A stretch of DNA of 64,000 nt. Source: Lingula anatina (lineage: Eukaryota; Animalia; Brachiopoda). The position numbers were made by a program, and so were the translations under genes. The stretch is taken from the NCBI GenBank assembly GCA_051362555.1, contig CM120642.1, positions 23,684,001 through 23,748,000 of the forward strand. The letters run 5' to 3'. How positions within the stretch are numbered: position 1 is the first letter of the stretch; every line of letters starts with the position of its first letter. Positions 13,488-26,792 of the stretch are shown piece by piece. The notes below the pieces were generated by a model, which searched no databases, had not been told where the DNA came from, and saw only the letters and a list, made by a program, of their open reading frames with translations.

Positions 13488-15016
13488 TACCCCCGTCACA
13501 CTAGAGGCAGAATGAACAAAAATGCCGTCGGAAAGACAATTCCTTGTGCATTCCTGGGTATTCAAAGAGCATTCTAAAAATTCCGAGTGCATTTCAAATA
13601 GTTTTACCCATTCTTGTGCATTCCATGTGAAAAATCTTTGAATGGCATTTGAATAGTATTCTAACTACACTATCACCCCATTTCCATAGATTTTTAGATC
13701 CCTGTGGGGAGTCTCACTTGATTACTGTCAGCTTGACCGGCTTAAGCGTCTGTCCCGCCTACTAAAAGCTGTAAGGGGTAATTAAGTTTATTAACTATGG
13801 TGCGCGCTCGTCTGACTGCAATTTAGCGTGAACCCCCAGGGAGTTAGGTCGATCTAAATTTTAATCCCTGGATCGATCTAAATCTCTGGAAATACACCCT
13901 ATGACTGCATTTTAAATATTTTCACGGCATTCTGGCAACATTCGAAACATTCTGATAACATTCGAGGGATATTCGAACTGGCACGTGACTAAAGGCCCCC
14001 GTCACACTTATTCGGAACCAGCCGGAATCAAGCAGAACCAGCCAGAATGAATTAATTGAAAAATTCGAGCCATAATCGGGAGGGAATTTCAAATTGCAGT
14101 CAGAATATTTCTAATGAAATTCAAATGCCGTACGAGTGTGGTTTGACTGCTGGTCGAATGCAGGCTGAAGTATGTTGGAAGGTGTCTCGAATGATATATG
14201 AAGCGAACTCAAATGCAGTCAAAATGCTCCCGGTATGGCTGCCAATGATGGTTTAAAATATAATGAATTCAAACATAATGCAGCTGAAATACCTAAAATA
14301 CTTAATTAAAATTACTTTCTAACATGTTTGAGTGAGTGTATAAATAACGCCACTGGAATGGAAACTGATCAGAATGTTTCGAATGCTGTCGGAATGCCGT
14401 GAGAATATTTAGAATGCAGTCATAGTGCAGTTAGAATACTGTTCAAATGCCATTCGATAATTTTCCACTTGGAATGCACTTCGAAAGTTTTTGACATGAC
14501 AAAAATATTCCAGCCGGTCACAAGAATGAGTAAAAATATTTGGAATGCACTCGGAATTTTTAGAATGCTCTTTGAATAACCTGGAATGCACAAAGATTTG
14601 TATTTTCGACGCCATTCTTAATCATTCCGCATCTAGTGTGACGGGGGTATAAAATCCCGCCATGTTTCGAATGCGCCTCGGATGAGGTGAAATATTAATT
14701 TTGCCAGCAATCGAACTACACTAACTAGTACGCCATTCAAAGTATATTCTAAATATTCTTACTGCCTTCTGACAGCATTATAGATATTCCTAGTTTTCCA
14801 ACTACATTCGAACTGCATTTGAGAGCTAAAACAACCGAAAGTGCACTCATCATTCCAGGCCAATTCAAGCGCATTCTGGGTATTCAACGGTACTCTTACA
14901 ATAATTAAGGTCAATTTAAACTTTTTTCCCGAATGTGGTGCGAATTTTTAAGATTCTTTATTCAGCCTCATTCTTCTTGATTCCTGCTGATTCCAATATT
15001 AAGTGTGACGGGGGTA
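13488..15016. mobile_element. PIF/Harbinger-like MITE (TTA TSD) containing an inverted copy of its own family (13993-14649, TAA TSD)
   Basis: TTA|TACCCCCGTCACACT...AGTGTGACGGGGGTA|TTA; the inner copy's sequence is the reverse complement of the outer one (13500-13960 vs 14370-14640). Confidence 0.8.
13675..13900. mobile_element. ~200-bp Harbinger-like MITE; inverted second copy at 39660-39862
   Basis: Near-identical reverse-complement copy at 39660-39862 flanked by TAA on both sides; imperfect TIR GGGTGCATTCCCAGAGAT/ATCTATGGGAATGGGGTC. Confidence 0.75.
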
Positions 15017-15598
15017 TTAGCAGCATCAGCACGACTCGCCAAACAATAAAACAGGAACGTGTCATACTCCCTTTGTCATAAACAGCGATCGGCAAAGCAT
15101 CGCCTATTGTTCCGCTTAAGCTGTTTTGATAGTCGCTCTTGATTGTGATCAGCGCTAAGGAGAATCTTTTCCGACACACTGGATTTGCTCAAAATACACG
15201 TTTTCCCTTAAGTTGCTTGCTGCTATACATGTACTTTCGATTTTCTTGAGATACGAAAAAAAAGAAATATTCCGCTGCTTGCTACCTGTGACAGCAACCG
15301 TCAAACTATTGATCAATCTTCGACAGCAGCTTTATACAGTTGTCAGATTTTATAGATCTATGCAAATTGGGCCATCTGGTCCAGCATCCAGGTGCATGTT
15401 TCCCAAATCTTTAACTTGACAACTAATGATTATTTAGCTCTACGATGGTGATAATGTCTGTGTTTTGGACTTTTTCTGAGCGACATCGACGTAAACATTT
15501 GGTCGAATACTGACTGGATTGCTTTGCGTAAATAAAAGACTTGAGCCCATATCCTAGCGTAACCTTTTACCGGGTGGCGTAAAATTTCAGTCTAGGTG

Positions 15599-15650
<52 letters not shown>

Positions 15651-15678
15651 GGCGTCCTGTAACTAACACGCCTGCGAT

Positions 15679-15958
15679 GATCAGGCCTACCCAACTACCA
15701 GACGGCACATAAGGATCCTGAATTAACCGGTATATCAGTCCACACTACCCGTTTTCAAGGTGTGTGTCACATCGCATTTTGGAGTATCAGTCAGAACAAC
15801 GACAGGATGAGCCCGCGGTCGTCCTACAAAATTTGTTCTGGGGTATGATACTCCGAAATGCGATCTGACACACACCTTGAAAACGGGTAGTGTGGTCCGA
15901 TAAACCGGTTAATTCAGAATCCTTGTGTGCCGAGTCTGGTAGTTGGGTAGGTCTGATG
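15679..15958. mobile_element. Foldback (near-palindromic) MITE
   Basis: 15679-15800 is the reverse complement of 15832-15958; preceded by a ~50-nt poly(A) at 15599-15649. Confidence 0.75.
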
Positions 15959-17074
15959 ATGCTGTTGTGTGCACATCCTAGAGTGCATCCCTAACACAGT
16001 GAAAATTCCCTAATTTTTTTATGTAATTTCACGTTTTTATACATGAAATCAACAGTATGTCTCTAAAAACAATCCCCGACTCCGGATCCCTTTTGTAGTA
16101 CTTTGTTCAAGCGTTATAATACCATGAAAAGTATGTTTATAGCTGTACAGTTGCCTGAGAAAATCAGGTGTTTAAAAAAGATGTTTTGTCCCCAAATTCC
16201 CATATTACGCCACACGATGAAGTTTGAGCTGTGTTTCAAGCATAATTAGATGTTTTGAAGATACACTAAATAAATATAACAGGAATAAAAATGCTAAGAC
16301 CTTTATTTTAAGAGAAAATCTCCAACCTACATTCCCCCCTTAAATGTCATTGTACAACCAGCGAATCGCTGGCGGTGCACAGGGTTTACGTCCCGACCCG
16401 TATCGTCCGCCGGCTCCGCCGCCAGGCCACCGTTACCGCTTTTTCTCTTAAACTACAAGAGCCCGTGTATACATCTCTTATATGTACATGTAAATCATAT
16501 ATAATCTCAACTCGATCCATGTGAATTTTTGGTTTTGTTAGTATTTGTGTTTAGGACTGGCGCTCATCGCAAGGCACCCTTGACCAAAAATTTCAAAATT
16601 AAATGCTAAATATCTACCAAACCGAAGGAATTATGGGAAATTTTTTCTAAAGATGGCTGACCGAAAGTCATGTGGGAATTTCAAAAATGCGTTTGGATTT
16701 GACCTTTGACCTTTATTTCTAAAAATGGGAATTTTTTTCCGAAAAAATCTATTTGTGCTGATTTTCAGAAAGTACACAGACCTAACCTATAATATTATTG
16801 GCAGGAGTTACCCATAGGGTCATAATTTAACTCCGTGAGTTTGGGGTCAATTTGTGCATTTTCACGGGAGATGTGACCTTTAGATGCCGAAACTGAAGAC
16901 TCTCTCTTATTCTGGAACCATTAATGCTAGAGACCTCTTTTTTGCATGAGCTTGTCAAGCCCAACACTGGAGGTGGGTGTCCGTTTTTTTTTTTTTTTTG
17001 TTTTTTGTTTTTTTGTTTTGTTTTGTTTTCTATACCGTTAAGCTATGCTGTATCAAAAAGTAGGCCTACCGGTA

Positions 17075-17683
17075 CGTTGTGGTAACTATCACAGGGGACA
17101 CTTTGGTCTGATTTACTTCTCCAGCAGGTAAAAACACACAGCTATAATAGGTTTTCCAGAGAACAACTACAAATGACTGATCTTTACGTTTATTTCTCTG
17201 GCTGAGAGGTCTGGAGTCTCCTAAGACAGCAGGGACAATCCAGCTATCGGTTTGACTGACCAAACTCACCCCGAGCTCTGATCTCCAATCTCTCTCTGAT
17301 CTCTCTAATACAAAGTTCTTCTCCTTATATACTAATACACACAAAATACATTACAGTGATTCCTAAAACATGTCAGAGATATTAAACCCAATTAACAGAA
17401 TTAAGACATATTACTAGAGACCTTTAACATAATTAAAGTCAGACTGCTTTAAACTTCAACTTGGGAATGAAGCCGTAAATAAAGTTATACAATCCTTTTA
17501 AAACTGAAAATATCCTTTAAAACTTGGTTATAGTTCTTTCCAATGAATAACATACATAAACAGATTCATATAATATTATTATAAAGGAGACATATGAACA
17601 ATCTTTACCAAATGTTGATTTAATTTGATTTAAATGTGGAAGTTTCTAAAATGAAGTTTGGCCGTGAAATCACCACTATGACA
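17075..17683 (-). mobile_element. Possible solo LTR
   Basis: The minus strand begins TGTCATAGTGGTGATTTCAC and ends GTGATAGTTACCACAACG (short imperfect terminal IR), with an internal AATAAA; no TSD confirmed. Confidence 0.35.
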
Positions 17684-17749
17684 CAACAATAAAATGTGCA
17701 ATACAGTAATATTAATGAAATTTGAACGTCTGAACGTCGTATACCAATA

Positions 17750-19085
17750 CCTCCCAATCCTCCAACGACACCTTTTCCAACTTTTCAATAAGGTGTTTGG
17801 AATTCTGAAAATGGTGAATGGATTGGCCCACCAATGGTTTTAGTAGATCCGCTAAGTGCCTGGCCAGTGATAAGCGATGGAGTTAATGCCAGACACAATA
17901 GGTCTCATTTTGAGGGGATCCTTATGGATTTTTGGGGTGTCATAGAATCTAGGTGTGACATCTGATGTTGGGTAGATCTTGTTGTATATTGCCTGGTCAA
18001 GGTGATCTGCTTTCTTCAGTTCTCTTAGTTTTCGCTGGATTTTGCCTTTCAAGGTCTTGATTGGATTGGCATGTCCCTTTTCTAGGTACGTGTTGGTATC
18101 AGCTAATAATGTTTCACACTGAGATATATATTCTTCCTTATCCATGACAACCACTGCTTTGCCTTTATCAGCTGGAAGTATAATTATGTCTTGTTGCCTT
18201 TTAATGATTTCAGGGCTTTTCTTTCTGCTGTTGTTATGTTGGGCTTGGGGACTTTTGCATTTCTAAGTATCCCCACTACTTCATTGCGCAGTAATTCTGC
18301 TGACTCTCTGTCTGATGTTGCTACATGTAGTTGTTGGCACATGACTTCTGTTGCTGTGATAATTTGTTCAGCTGGTATCTTTGCAGGTGTTAAGGCCTTT
18401 AGCCAATACTGACATTTCCGCCGCTGTAGGTTGGTATGTGGATAAAACTTTTACCCATTTTTTAAGCTGTGTTCCACTAAGGTCTATCCTTTCTGGTTCT
18501 TGTTTGCTGGTGGTGTTTGGTTTGGGTTTAAGTTTGTCCAGTTTGTCCACTTGTGTCTGGTTTGATTTGGCAAAGTTGGACTCATAAGTGTTGGCCATAT
18601 GTGGTCTGATGTTACTGAGGGTGTCATCATTATTGTCTGTTTCATTCAAGTACATGTATTTAGATACGAATGACTGTTCACATTCTTTCCTCTTGTTTTC
18701 CAGCTGTTTGACTCTATTATGTGTCAGGTGAATCCTTTTTTCTAATAGGGCTTTCTCTGCTTTGCTAATTATCTTGATAGCTCTCTCTGTCCTGATAGTA
18801 GTTCTAAGCCTGAGGCTACAAGGCACCAAGTCCAAGTCTTTACACCTGAGATTGAATCTGAGGTGATTCTTAAATCTTGCCAGTTGTTTTTCATTCCCCC
18901 CCCAAATTCTGACATCCCGTACACCTCCTTTTCCATACTTAGTGTGTAAGTCAGAGAAGAATTTCATCAGCTGTGTATAGTTATAGGAATGGTTGGCAAG
19001 TACACCTCCTGAGTAGAGGCTATTCACCTGGATAGCCTCATTCCCTGAGAAGATGTCCTGATAGACATCGAAAAATTGGAGGTAA
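17750..19085 (-). mobile_element. Penelope-like retroelement fragment (N-terminal ORF and start of RT), frameshifted and truncated
   Basis: Translations: LARFKNHLRFNLRCKDLDLVPCSLRL, LAKGLN, PADKGKAVVVMDKEEY, TPRFYDTPKIHKDPLKMRPIVSGINS, which are typical PLE pre-RT/RT motifs. Confidence 0.85.
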
Positions 19086-19956
19086 AACCTATCTCAATAT
19101 TAGCTGTTGACTGAATTAAAAATCACATCATTCCGATCACCTCACAGGTTTTAATTGTTATAAACAGTGCTTTTTATCCTAGATACCATATCTAACATGA
19201 TTGATGGTTTAGAAAATACAACATAGCGGTGAAAATATCCATATTTTATAACAATTATAAAATTAATAACATGTACCCCCTCAAAAAATGAACTTCAACC
19301 AAAATGACCTTTTATTTAATTCAATTAATTTCTTCTGTACAAAATATATGGCACATAACTGTAACTCCAAAATTGCAACATTTTAGTCCCTTGTATCTCC
19401 AAAACAAGCGGAGACACGCTCATAGTTACTATTGAATTTGAATAGGAAGTCATATGCTGGCACCTGTGACCTTCAAACTAATCTTTGACCTACTTTTCAC
19501 CATGAACTGAATTGGACTTTTTCTTCCCTAATAACTCCAAAACTGGCGGAGATATGCCTTAGTTACTAATGAACTTGAATAGGAAGTCATACTGGCAATC
19601 TAAGTGTGACCTTGAAATTGATTTTTGGTCTGTATTCGCCATGAACTGATCCTTGCATTTTTTTCTGTCTCTTACATCTTCAAAACAAGCAGAGATACGC
19701 CCTTAGTTACTATTGAACTTGAATAGGAAGTCATATACTTTGCAATCTTACTGTGACCTTCTTTTGACCTTACCTTTGACCTACTCTCCACGGTGAACTG
19801 ACCTTTGCAACTTTTCTTTCCCATATATCTTCAACAGATATACCCATAGTTACTGTTGAACTTGAATAGGAAATCAAATAGTGTACATGTAAATATAACA
19901 GTGTCCTTGATATTGCCCTTTGACCTACTTTTTACCATGAGTTGAACTTTGCACTG

Positions 19957-20535
19957 AATAAAGGGTACCGGAGAAGATCAGCATCGGTCAGAATTGTGCC
20001 GGAAGTGTGACGTCAAATGGTGTTAGAAGCGAGTTAGTGTGATCATATGTGTGGAATTTCATGTCAGATGGACATATAAAGATCTAAAATTCGTCAAAAT
20101 ATTGAAAAAAGATACAGTTTTGCACAGCGGAGATCGGTACGATTCAGTTGTTAGTTACGAACTACTTCCTGGTTTTCATAAGGTCCTTTAAGACCTCTAA
20201 AACATCGTTGTAATTGCAGCCCATACCATAAAACACCCAAAAATACTTAGATATGGACATATCAGATTATATTTATGCCAAATTTCCACATGACAACGAT
20301 TTATAGACTTCCGGGAATTATTTTCCCTTTACGCTCTTTGTCGCGCTGGCGGTCAATGCAGCATTTATTTCAAAACAAGTTGACCGCAAATTAAGCACGA
20401 TTTTGCACCTTCAAGTTCCGTCTTCACGTCTTCTCTGCCGTTCACCTCCAGGTTAAAATGACCACTCAGCTTCGCTTCTAACACCACTTCACGTCACTTC
20501 CGGGCACAATCAGTCTTCTCCGGTTCCCTTTATTG
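19957..20535. mobile_element. MITE with ~70-bp TIRs
   Basis: AATAAAGGGTACCGGAGAAGA...GTGTTAGAAGCGA is inverted with TCGCTTCTAACACC...TCTTCTCCGGTTCCCTTTATT; it interrupts the HINE repeat array. Confidence 0.75.
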
Positions 20536-20884
20536 GACAGCTCTTTCTTTTCTTATATCTTTAAAACTGGCGGAGATATGCCCTTAGTTACTATTGAACT
20601 TGAATAGGAAGTCATACTGGCAATCTAAGTGTGACCTTGAAATTGACTTTTGGCCTTTTCTTTGCCATGAACCGATCTTTGCAAATTTTCCGTTATATCT
20701 CCAAAACTGGCACAGATATGCCCACTGATACTACTGAACTTGAATAGGAACTCATAAATTGACAGTCTTCCGGTGCCCTTGAATTAGACCTTTGACCTCC
20801 TTTGACCTCGCCATAATGTGCACTTCACAAATTTGGATTTGGCCTTTTACTTTCCGCCATGATTTTGTTATAAATTGAAATTTT

Positions 20885-20921
<37 letters not shown>

Positions 20922-22421
20922 GAGAACTCTAGTTAACTGCATTTAGTGGAGCCTGTCAAGTACGACACTGGAGGTGTTTTTTTCGCGAATGCGCTTGCTC
21001 CAGCTGGTTGTACAATACTTGGAGGCAGTATCGCTTTCCTTATCCTCTAGTTAAACATATTTTGTGCTAATTAGACTTCAAGACATATGGTTGTCTATAA
21101 GATAATTTAGACCTACATGAACATGCATTTGATGTTGGGGGCTTTAAATAGTTTCTACTTATATTTTATAAAACAGATAATACTTAAATGTATTTTGCAC
21201 CCAAAAAATAATAAGAAACGATGCTAATGAAGGTGTAATAGTTACAAAATGGTGAATTATGCCTAATTGCAAAATGGTGTCTGGCGACCATCATGGATTT
21301 GATAGAGAAAATGGCCACCAATTGCCTCCGTAAAGACAAAATGAACTTTTTGTTCATAATTTAGTCTGGTGTTCAATATCGATGGTTTTGCAGCTTTCAA
21401 AGACATATTTCTTTTAAGTAAATCTTCAAATCACCTTTTATCACCAAAACGATATCAAATATGACTTTGCACCCCCAAAATAGTAAGAATCGATATATAT
21501 ATTATACGTATATTTAGGTCAAATGCTTCAAAGATCATCATAAAATAGCAAAATTATGTCAACTTTGAAAATGGCAGATGGCGGCCATCTTGGATATGAG
21601 GTACAAAATGGAAACCAACAATTTTCCAAACGTGAAAAATATGGGTTCCTTGTTCCTAATTTAGTCAGGTTTGATAATTTACACATGTGTATAGGCCAAA
21701 AACTGTTGGAAATATGAAATATTATGTTTTTGGTACCTAATTTGCATAATCTATGCTTATTATGCTTAATTAGCACTGATAGAGATTCTCTCCATGGACA
21801 ATTTTTTTTTTTTTTTTTTGGCCCAAGGAAAATTTCTGCTAAGTAAGACATTTGTACTATAAATGCAGCGCTTGACCCCTTAACAAGCCTAGTTCTCTGT
21901 CGTTTCCCTTACACGTAGCTAATTTCATTTCAGTGCACTTCAGGCAAAATACTGCTGACACAATCAACCATTTTTTTAAGTGTTTGTGACAGTCACTTCA
22001 ACTTCTTCAGATACCATTGAATATTAACTACATGTATTTCTAAGAAACATCTCCACTTGGCCAGATGGACAACCGCCGTAGTTCTACAGCTGGCAGTGGC
22101 TGTAAACAACAGACAGCAGGGTCAGGTTCGTCGTCACTCAACCACGCGCCCTTTTCACCTACTTGTAAAATAAGAAATTTTTAAAGCTTTATACAAAATT
22201 AAAATGGCAATTAAGAAGAATTCTAGCCAGCGATTTCAACCTAACGAAGGGTAAAGTAAAATTTTTGAGTCAGAACGGACTGTTTCCGAACCCCTGTAAC
22301 CCCTTCCCTGCATGAAAGAGTGAACTTAAAATAAATTGGACTGAAATTGTTTTATATGTAATTAAGGTATGTACCCATCTTTGGAATAGGTATGTGAGAT
22401 AATTATCCTTATTTATTCCAG

Positions 22422-22961
22422 AAGGTTATGGCGAACAGACGAAAAGAGATCCTCTTTATCCATACCATGTAACAAAATCGTTTTGCAAACAACGATTAAA
22501 CCTTGACTAAGAATGTCATATAGTTTGCATTAGTTACTTATCAATAGTTATTGTTCGTGGAACAATAGTCAATTAATCATGTTTGACTTTATCTTATTCT
22601 AATAGATTTTAGTTAAATAGAACCTAGAAGGCTTGCTATTGTTTTATTATGTATTTGATTTTTTTAAAAAAGTTATCTTCAAATGATGATTTTAAAAAAA
22701 TGAGAAAATTGTGTTTGTCTAAGAATAAACATCTTTATCACAGTATGATTTCTTACATCTTCTCTTTAATCAAATACTTGTACCAAGGCAGAGGTCTAGT
22801 TCAGTAATAATATTTTTATGGATATTTTGACAGAGTGAGAACGTCAGGCCTTCGCATTCGACATTAGGAGAGCAAGTTGCTCCCGTTGATGTTGGCTACT
22901 CACCACGTCAAGGTAGGTTAATATGAGATCTCACTGGAATATGTTGAATGTTTTTGTTATA

Positions 22962-23000
<39 letters not shown>

Positions 23001-26000
23001 GAGAGAGAGCCTGCCTTTTAGCGCTTTTCCCTTAATGACAAATCATTAGTTAGTACACATATGTTTTAAAGGTTTTATTTTTTTCTTATTTTTTAAACGT
23101 CTCTCTTCCTTTTACGTTATAACTCCATATGAAATAGGTAAATCCAATGTGAGTTAGGAGAAAACTAAGGTGAAATCCACATCTGTCATTATCAATCAAT
23201 GATATTTTATACTTTGTTTTGAAACATAGAAACACACTCATTTTACCCCTTCTCCCTCACACATATTTTTCTGTTTTAAAGTAAATCTCATAATTCCAAT
23301 ATATTGTCCCTCTCTCTCTTCAGTACAGTACATTTTATTATGAGTTTATGTGTATTGCTCTTTACATAATGTCTCCATTGTTTTGAATTAAGAGAAAAAG
23401 CACATTATTCCGTTTTTATTTATGGCATCTTCAGACTTGAGAAATATTGCTTACTCCTAGGGTGATAAAACCATTCTCAAAATGATGTTCACTTTTAAAA
23501 GTCAAAATTATACCCATCTTTGTAATTAGTATGCTATAGGAGTTAGAGACTAATCTTTATTTCGCCATCATTATCAATCAATAATATTTTGTCCTTTATG
23601 TCTTGAAATATACGGTTTTAATTTTCATATTTATCCTTTTCACTTATTTTGATTATAGGCGAGGCGCAAACGAACCGCGGCAATATAGACAGGTTTGAAT
23701 TTTCAAGGCAATTTTGTTACTACATTTGGTTAATGACTTTCACTATAACACAATTTAAACATCGGTTATCCAGATGAGCATGGTTTAAAGGATTTGCTTC
23801 ATACCGTCAGAATGGCCTCAACGGAACATATTCTTCAGAAAACATGTCCAACTAACGATATCTTTATCCAAATACACAAATTAAAAGCACATTTTGTAAA
23901 TTTTTGGCTTTAAAAAACGTCCTATTTGCTCGGCCTGGGAGTTAATGAGCTACGTGGTCACGTGGTCCGATGACGACAATCGAGCCACTGGAGAACAGAG
24001 CGTGCTTAGCTGTCAAACTGAGCTGCATTGTCTACCTGTAAGATGACTTCTCTGGCTTCTGATAAAAGTTAATACTCATTCAAATCTCTTACCCGAGGGA
24101 TCTAAATCCTCATGAAGCTGTGTAAAACCATTCCCGTCTAGTCAATTCTTTAACGAGCATTTAATTATGGTTATCCCAAGTTGTATAAAACACTGCATTT
24201 GAATGAGTAAAGGGTACTGTGGATTATTGCATATGAGGACCATGTTATTTGTGAAATTCAATTAATTTTATTAAACCGCTGACACTCCGTCTTGGATACT
24301 TTTCTTAAACAGAGGTAAACGATGCCCGTTACCTTTACAAGTCCCATCTTAATCATCCATCTAACTGGAACTTCCTTTACCTCTTAATTAGAGGGTTAAA
24401 TGGCTGGCGATGTTTATCTCAGGTAAAAATCTACCTGTGCTTTAGTTTCAAAGAGCAGCTCCCGCAGACCTGGAGGTACTAGATAAAATCTGAACACCGG
24501 GTTTATTGAGGAGCTAGAGAAACAAAGGAAGAATTTTTCCTGCACAGCTTCATAGGAATTTTAGCACGGACTTGATCCAGCTTAGACCTTCTAATTAACA
24601 GGGTGACATGGGTAATTTTCAAATACAAAATAAACAAATAATAAAACTATATTTCAGTTAGCCTCCTCTTAAATAAATATACCGTTCTGGATAAATTAGA
24701 ACATTTATTAAATCGACAGAAAATTTTTGACTTAAATGATGATTTTATTATTAATGGAAATTAAGCTACTATATGGGGCACATTTGCTGAGATTACGCTG
24801 TTCTTGATGGTTTGCGTTAGTCTACATTTTGCTGTGCGTGCTTGGAATTTTTTTATTTTTTATACTCACGTATGTAAAACTGCACATTTAGTAAACATTC
24901 AAGTAATGATTTTTCCCATGCTACTTAAAGCAAACAATGCTCTTTTACCTTGATCTGCTACATGTTTTTGGGTTTGACAAAGCATACAAATTTGCAAAAA
25001 GTTTTGTGTACAGACGCAGAACTTGTATTTCAAGGTATAAAATGATAAATCTTTTAAATTATTTTATATTTCAGATGAAATAACATTCAGAAACAAATCC
25101 TCAAAGCATAAACGAATTAGGATTACGAACCATTTTAGTACATAAGTTCCTATTTTTTTCTTTAATATACCGCTCTTTTTTTCTGTTTGTTCTTCAACAC
25201 GTTTTCTTCCACGGAAGTAATGCCTGGGCATACGCATGCTTCAAGTTACCCTGAGAGCAATTACTTTTATTAATGTTCGCGACGGTGTTTGAACTCAATT
25301 GTTTAAATATTGATATTAAACGTTATTTACAAATACCAATAAAATCACCCCATGAAATAAATGAGATATTTTGAAAAATATGAAAGCCCACCAAGACGGT
25401 TTTGATACCTGTTATTACCTGGGTTGGGAAGTGCAGCGGTGCATAATTAACAGGTTTGTTGTAAACGAGCTTTTGGTCAACTACAATGCATTTAAAATGC
25501 ATCAGCAATCAGTAAGTTTGCCAACTGATGACAGTTAATCTGAAAGACTACCAGCTCTTGATATGATCTAAACCACCTGAGGTGACCATGATCTAGAGCA
25601 TCGCAACTATTGTCACCGAAGTTAGTAAGTCACGGAAGACCGTCACAGACAAAGAAAGATTGTCAAAGAGAGCTGCAATTTTGGTGAATCCCACGGCAAC
25701 ACACCGAGGCATAACGAAAATTCCTCAACTCCGTTCAACACAACTTTCCTTAACTTCTCCGTCTGTACAGTATGCACCATGCAGCTCAGTTGAGTCTCAT
25801 AGACCTTTATCGTGATTGTCGTCACAGTACCACGTGACCTAGATCTGTTGCTTCGTTTATGCATATTGAGGTGAGGTTTACTAAAACGCTTTTTGTCTAC
25901 TAATAGATTGTTTTTATAATTTTTAAATGACGGGGATCGATTAAAACATAACTGTAGTCTATAGATTAAGTGCTGGATCTTCAGAATTCGAGAAATGGAT

Positions 26001-26750
26001 TTTTATATGATTATTGTCCTTTAAGCATTGCAAGCATCAGAACAGCTTATTCAGCTTTTATTATTTAAGGAGTTCACTGATGTTACAAAAAGCATTGAAG
26101 CTATGACGAAAAGTGACATTAAATGCATATTTATTGCTTTCGTTTGTGAACTGGCACTTTGTACATTTTTTTTTTTTTTTTTTTTTTTTTTTGCAGAGGC
26201 CCAATTATGAGTACAATTTCGCATGAAGAAAGATTGCCATCAACCGCTATCACAAAAGACGAAGAATTGGACGACAGAAGTCAAAAAGATAATGGTAAGT
26301 ATATACATGTATAAGCTAAAGGCATCGAACGTGTCAGTACTTTTGTTTTTCTTGCATAGTTTAAATCTTGTAAGAAAGCCATCCAAATTTTACAAGACAC
26401 AAAGTGCGAGTGTAACTGGTGGTTTCATAGAACTTTTTACGGGTGTTATGGACAATCTGACACTTTTTAATTGCTTCTTATTTAATCATTCTTTAATTTA
26501 TAAAAATGCCATCTGTACCATAGCAATTTTCCCCATTCCGCCGAGCAAACACGCACACACTTTGTTCTCTTCGGCTGTTTCTTGTACTAACTCAAAATTT
26601 CAATTCTAGTTAACTTTTCAATACACTATGCTATTAATCGTTTCATTTTCATATCTCAAACATTGTCATTAATATTTCGTTTTTAAGAGCTCAAACAGAA
26701 TTCAATTTTTGAAGTACATAAAAAACACTACTTATATTTTAGTTGAATAG

Positions 26751-26792
<42 letters not shown>

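Larger units (their letters stand above)
13272..16339. mobile_element. Putative Kolobok-like element (TTAA TSD)
   Basis: TTAA|GGGGTGGATGTA ... TACATTCCCCCC|TTAA; imperfect short TIR. Confidence 0.5.
16349..21052 (-). mobile_element. Second HINE/Helentron-like family with ~140-bp core repeats, interrupted by nested insertions
   Basis: Subterminal inverted repeats TTGTACAACCAGC (16350) / GCTGGTTGTACAA (21003); terminal hairpin and CCG microsatellite at 16352-16430; repeats of AGTTACTATTGAACTTGAATAGGAAGTCATA at ~19425, 19561, 19704, 19848, 20586, 20730; AACTAG-type terminus at 21052. Confidence 0.65.
12981..21889. mobile_element. TA-flanked non-autonomous DNA transposon with long imperfect TIRs, host of a nested TE cluster
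   Basis: TA|GGCTTGTT...AACAAGCC|TA; ~170 bp at 12981-13150 is the inverted counterpart of 21725-21889; absent from duplication unit B. Confidence 0.7.

Noticed and set aside
21935-22250. Candidate first coding exon (homolog at ~38800-39075)
   Set aside because: The paralogs share sequence but no common open frame or donor phase, so a start codon could not be assigned.
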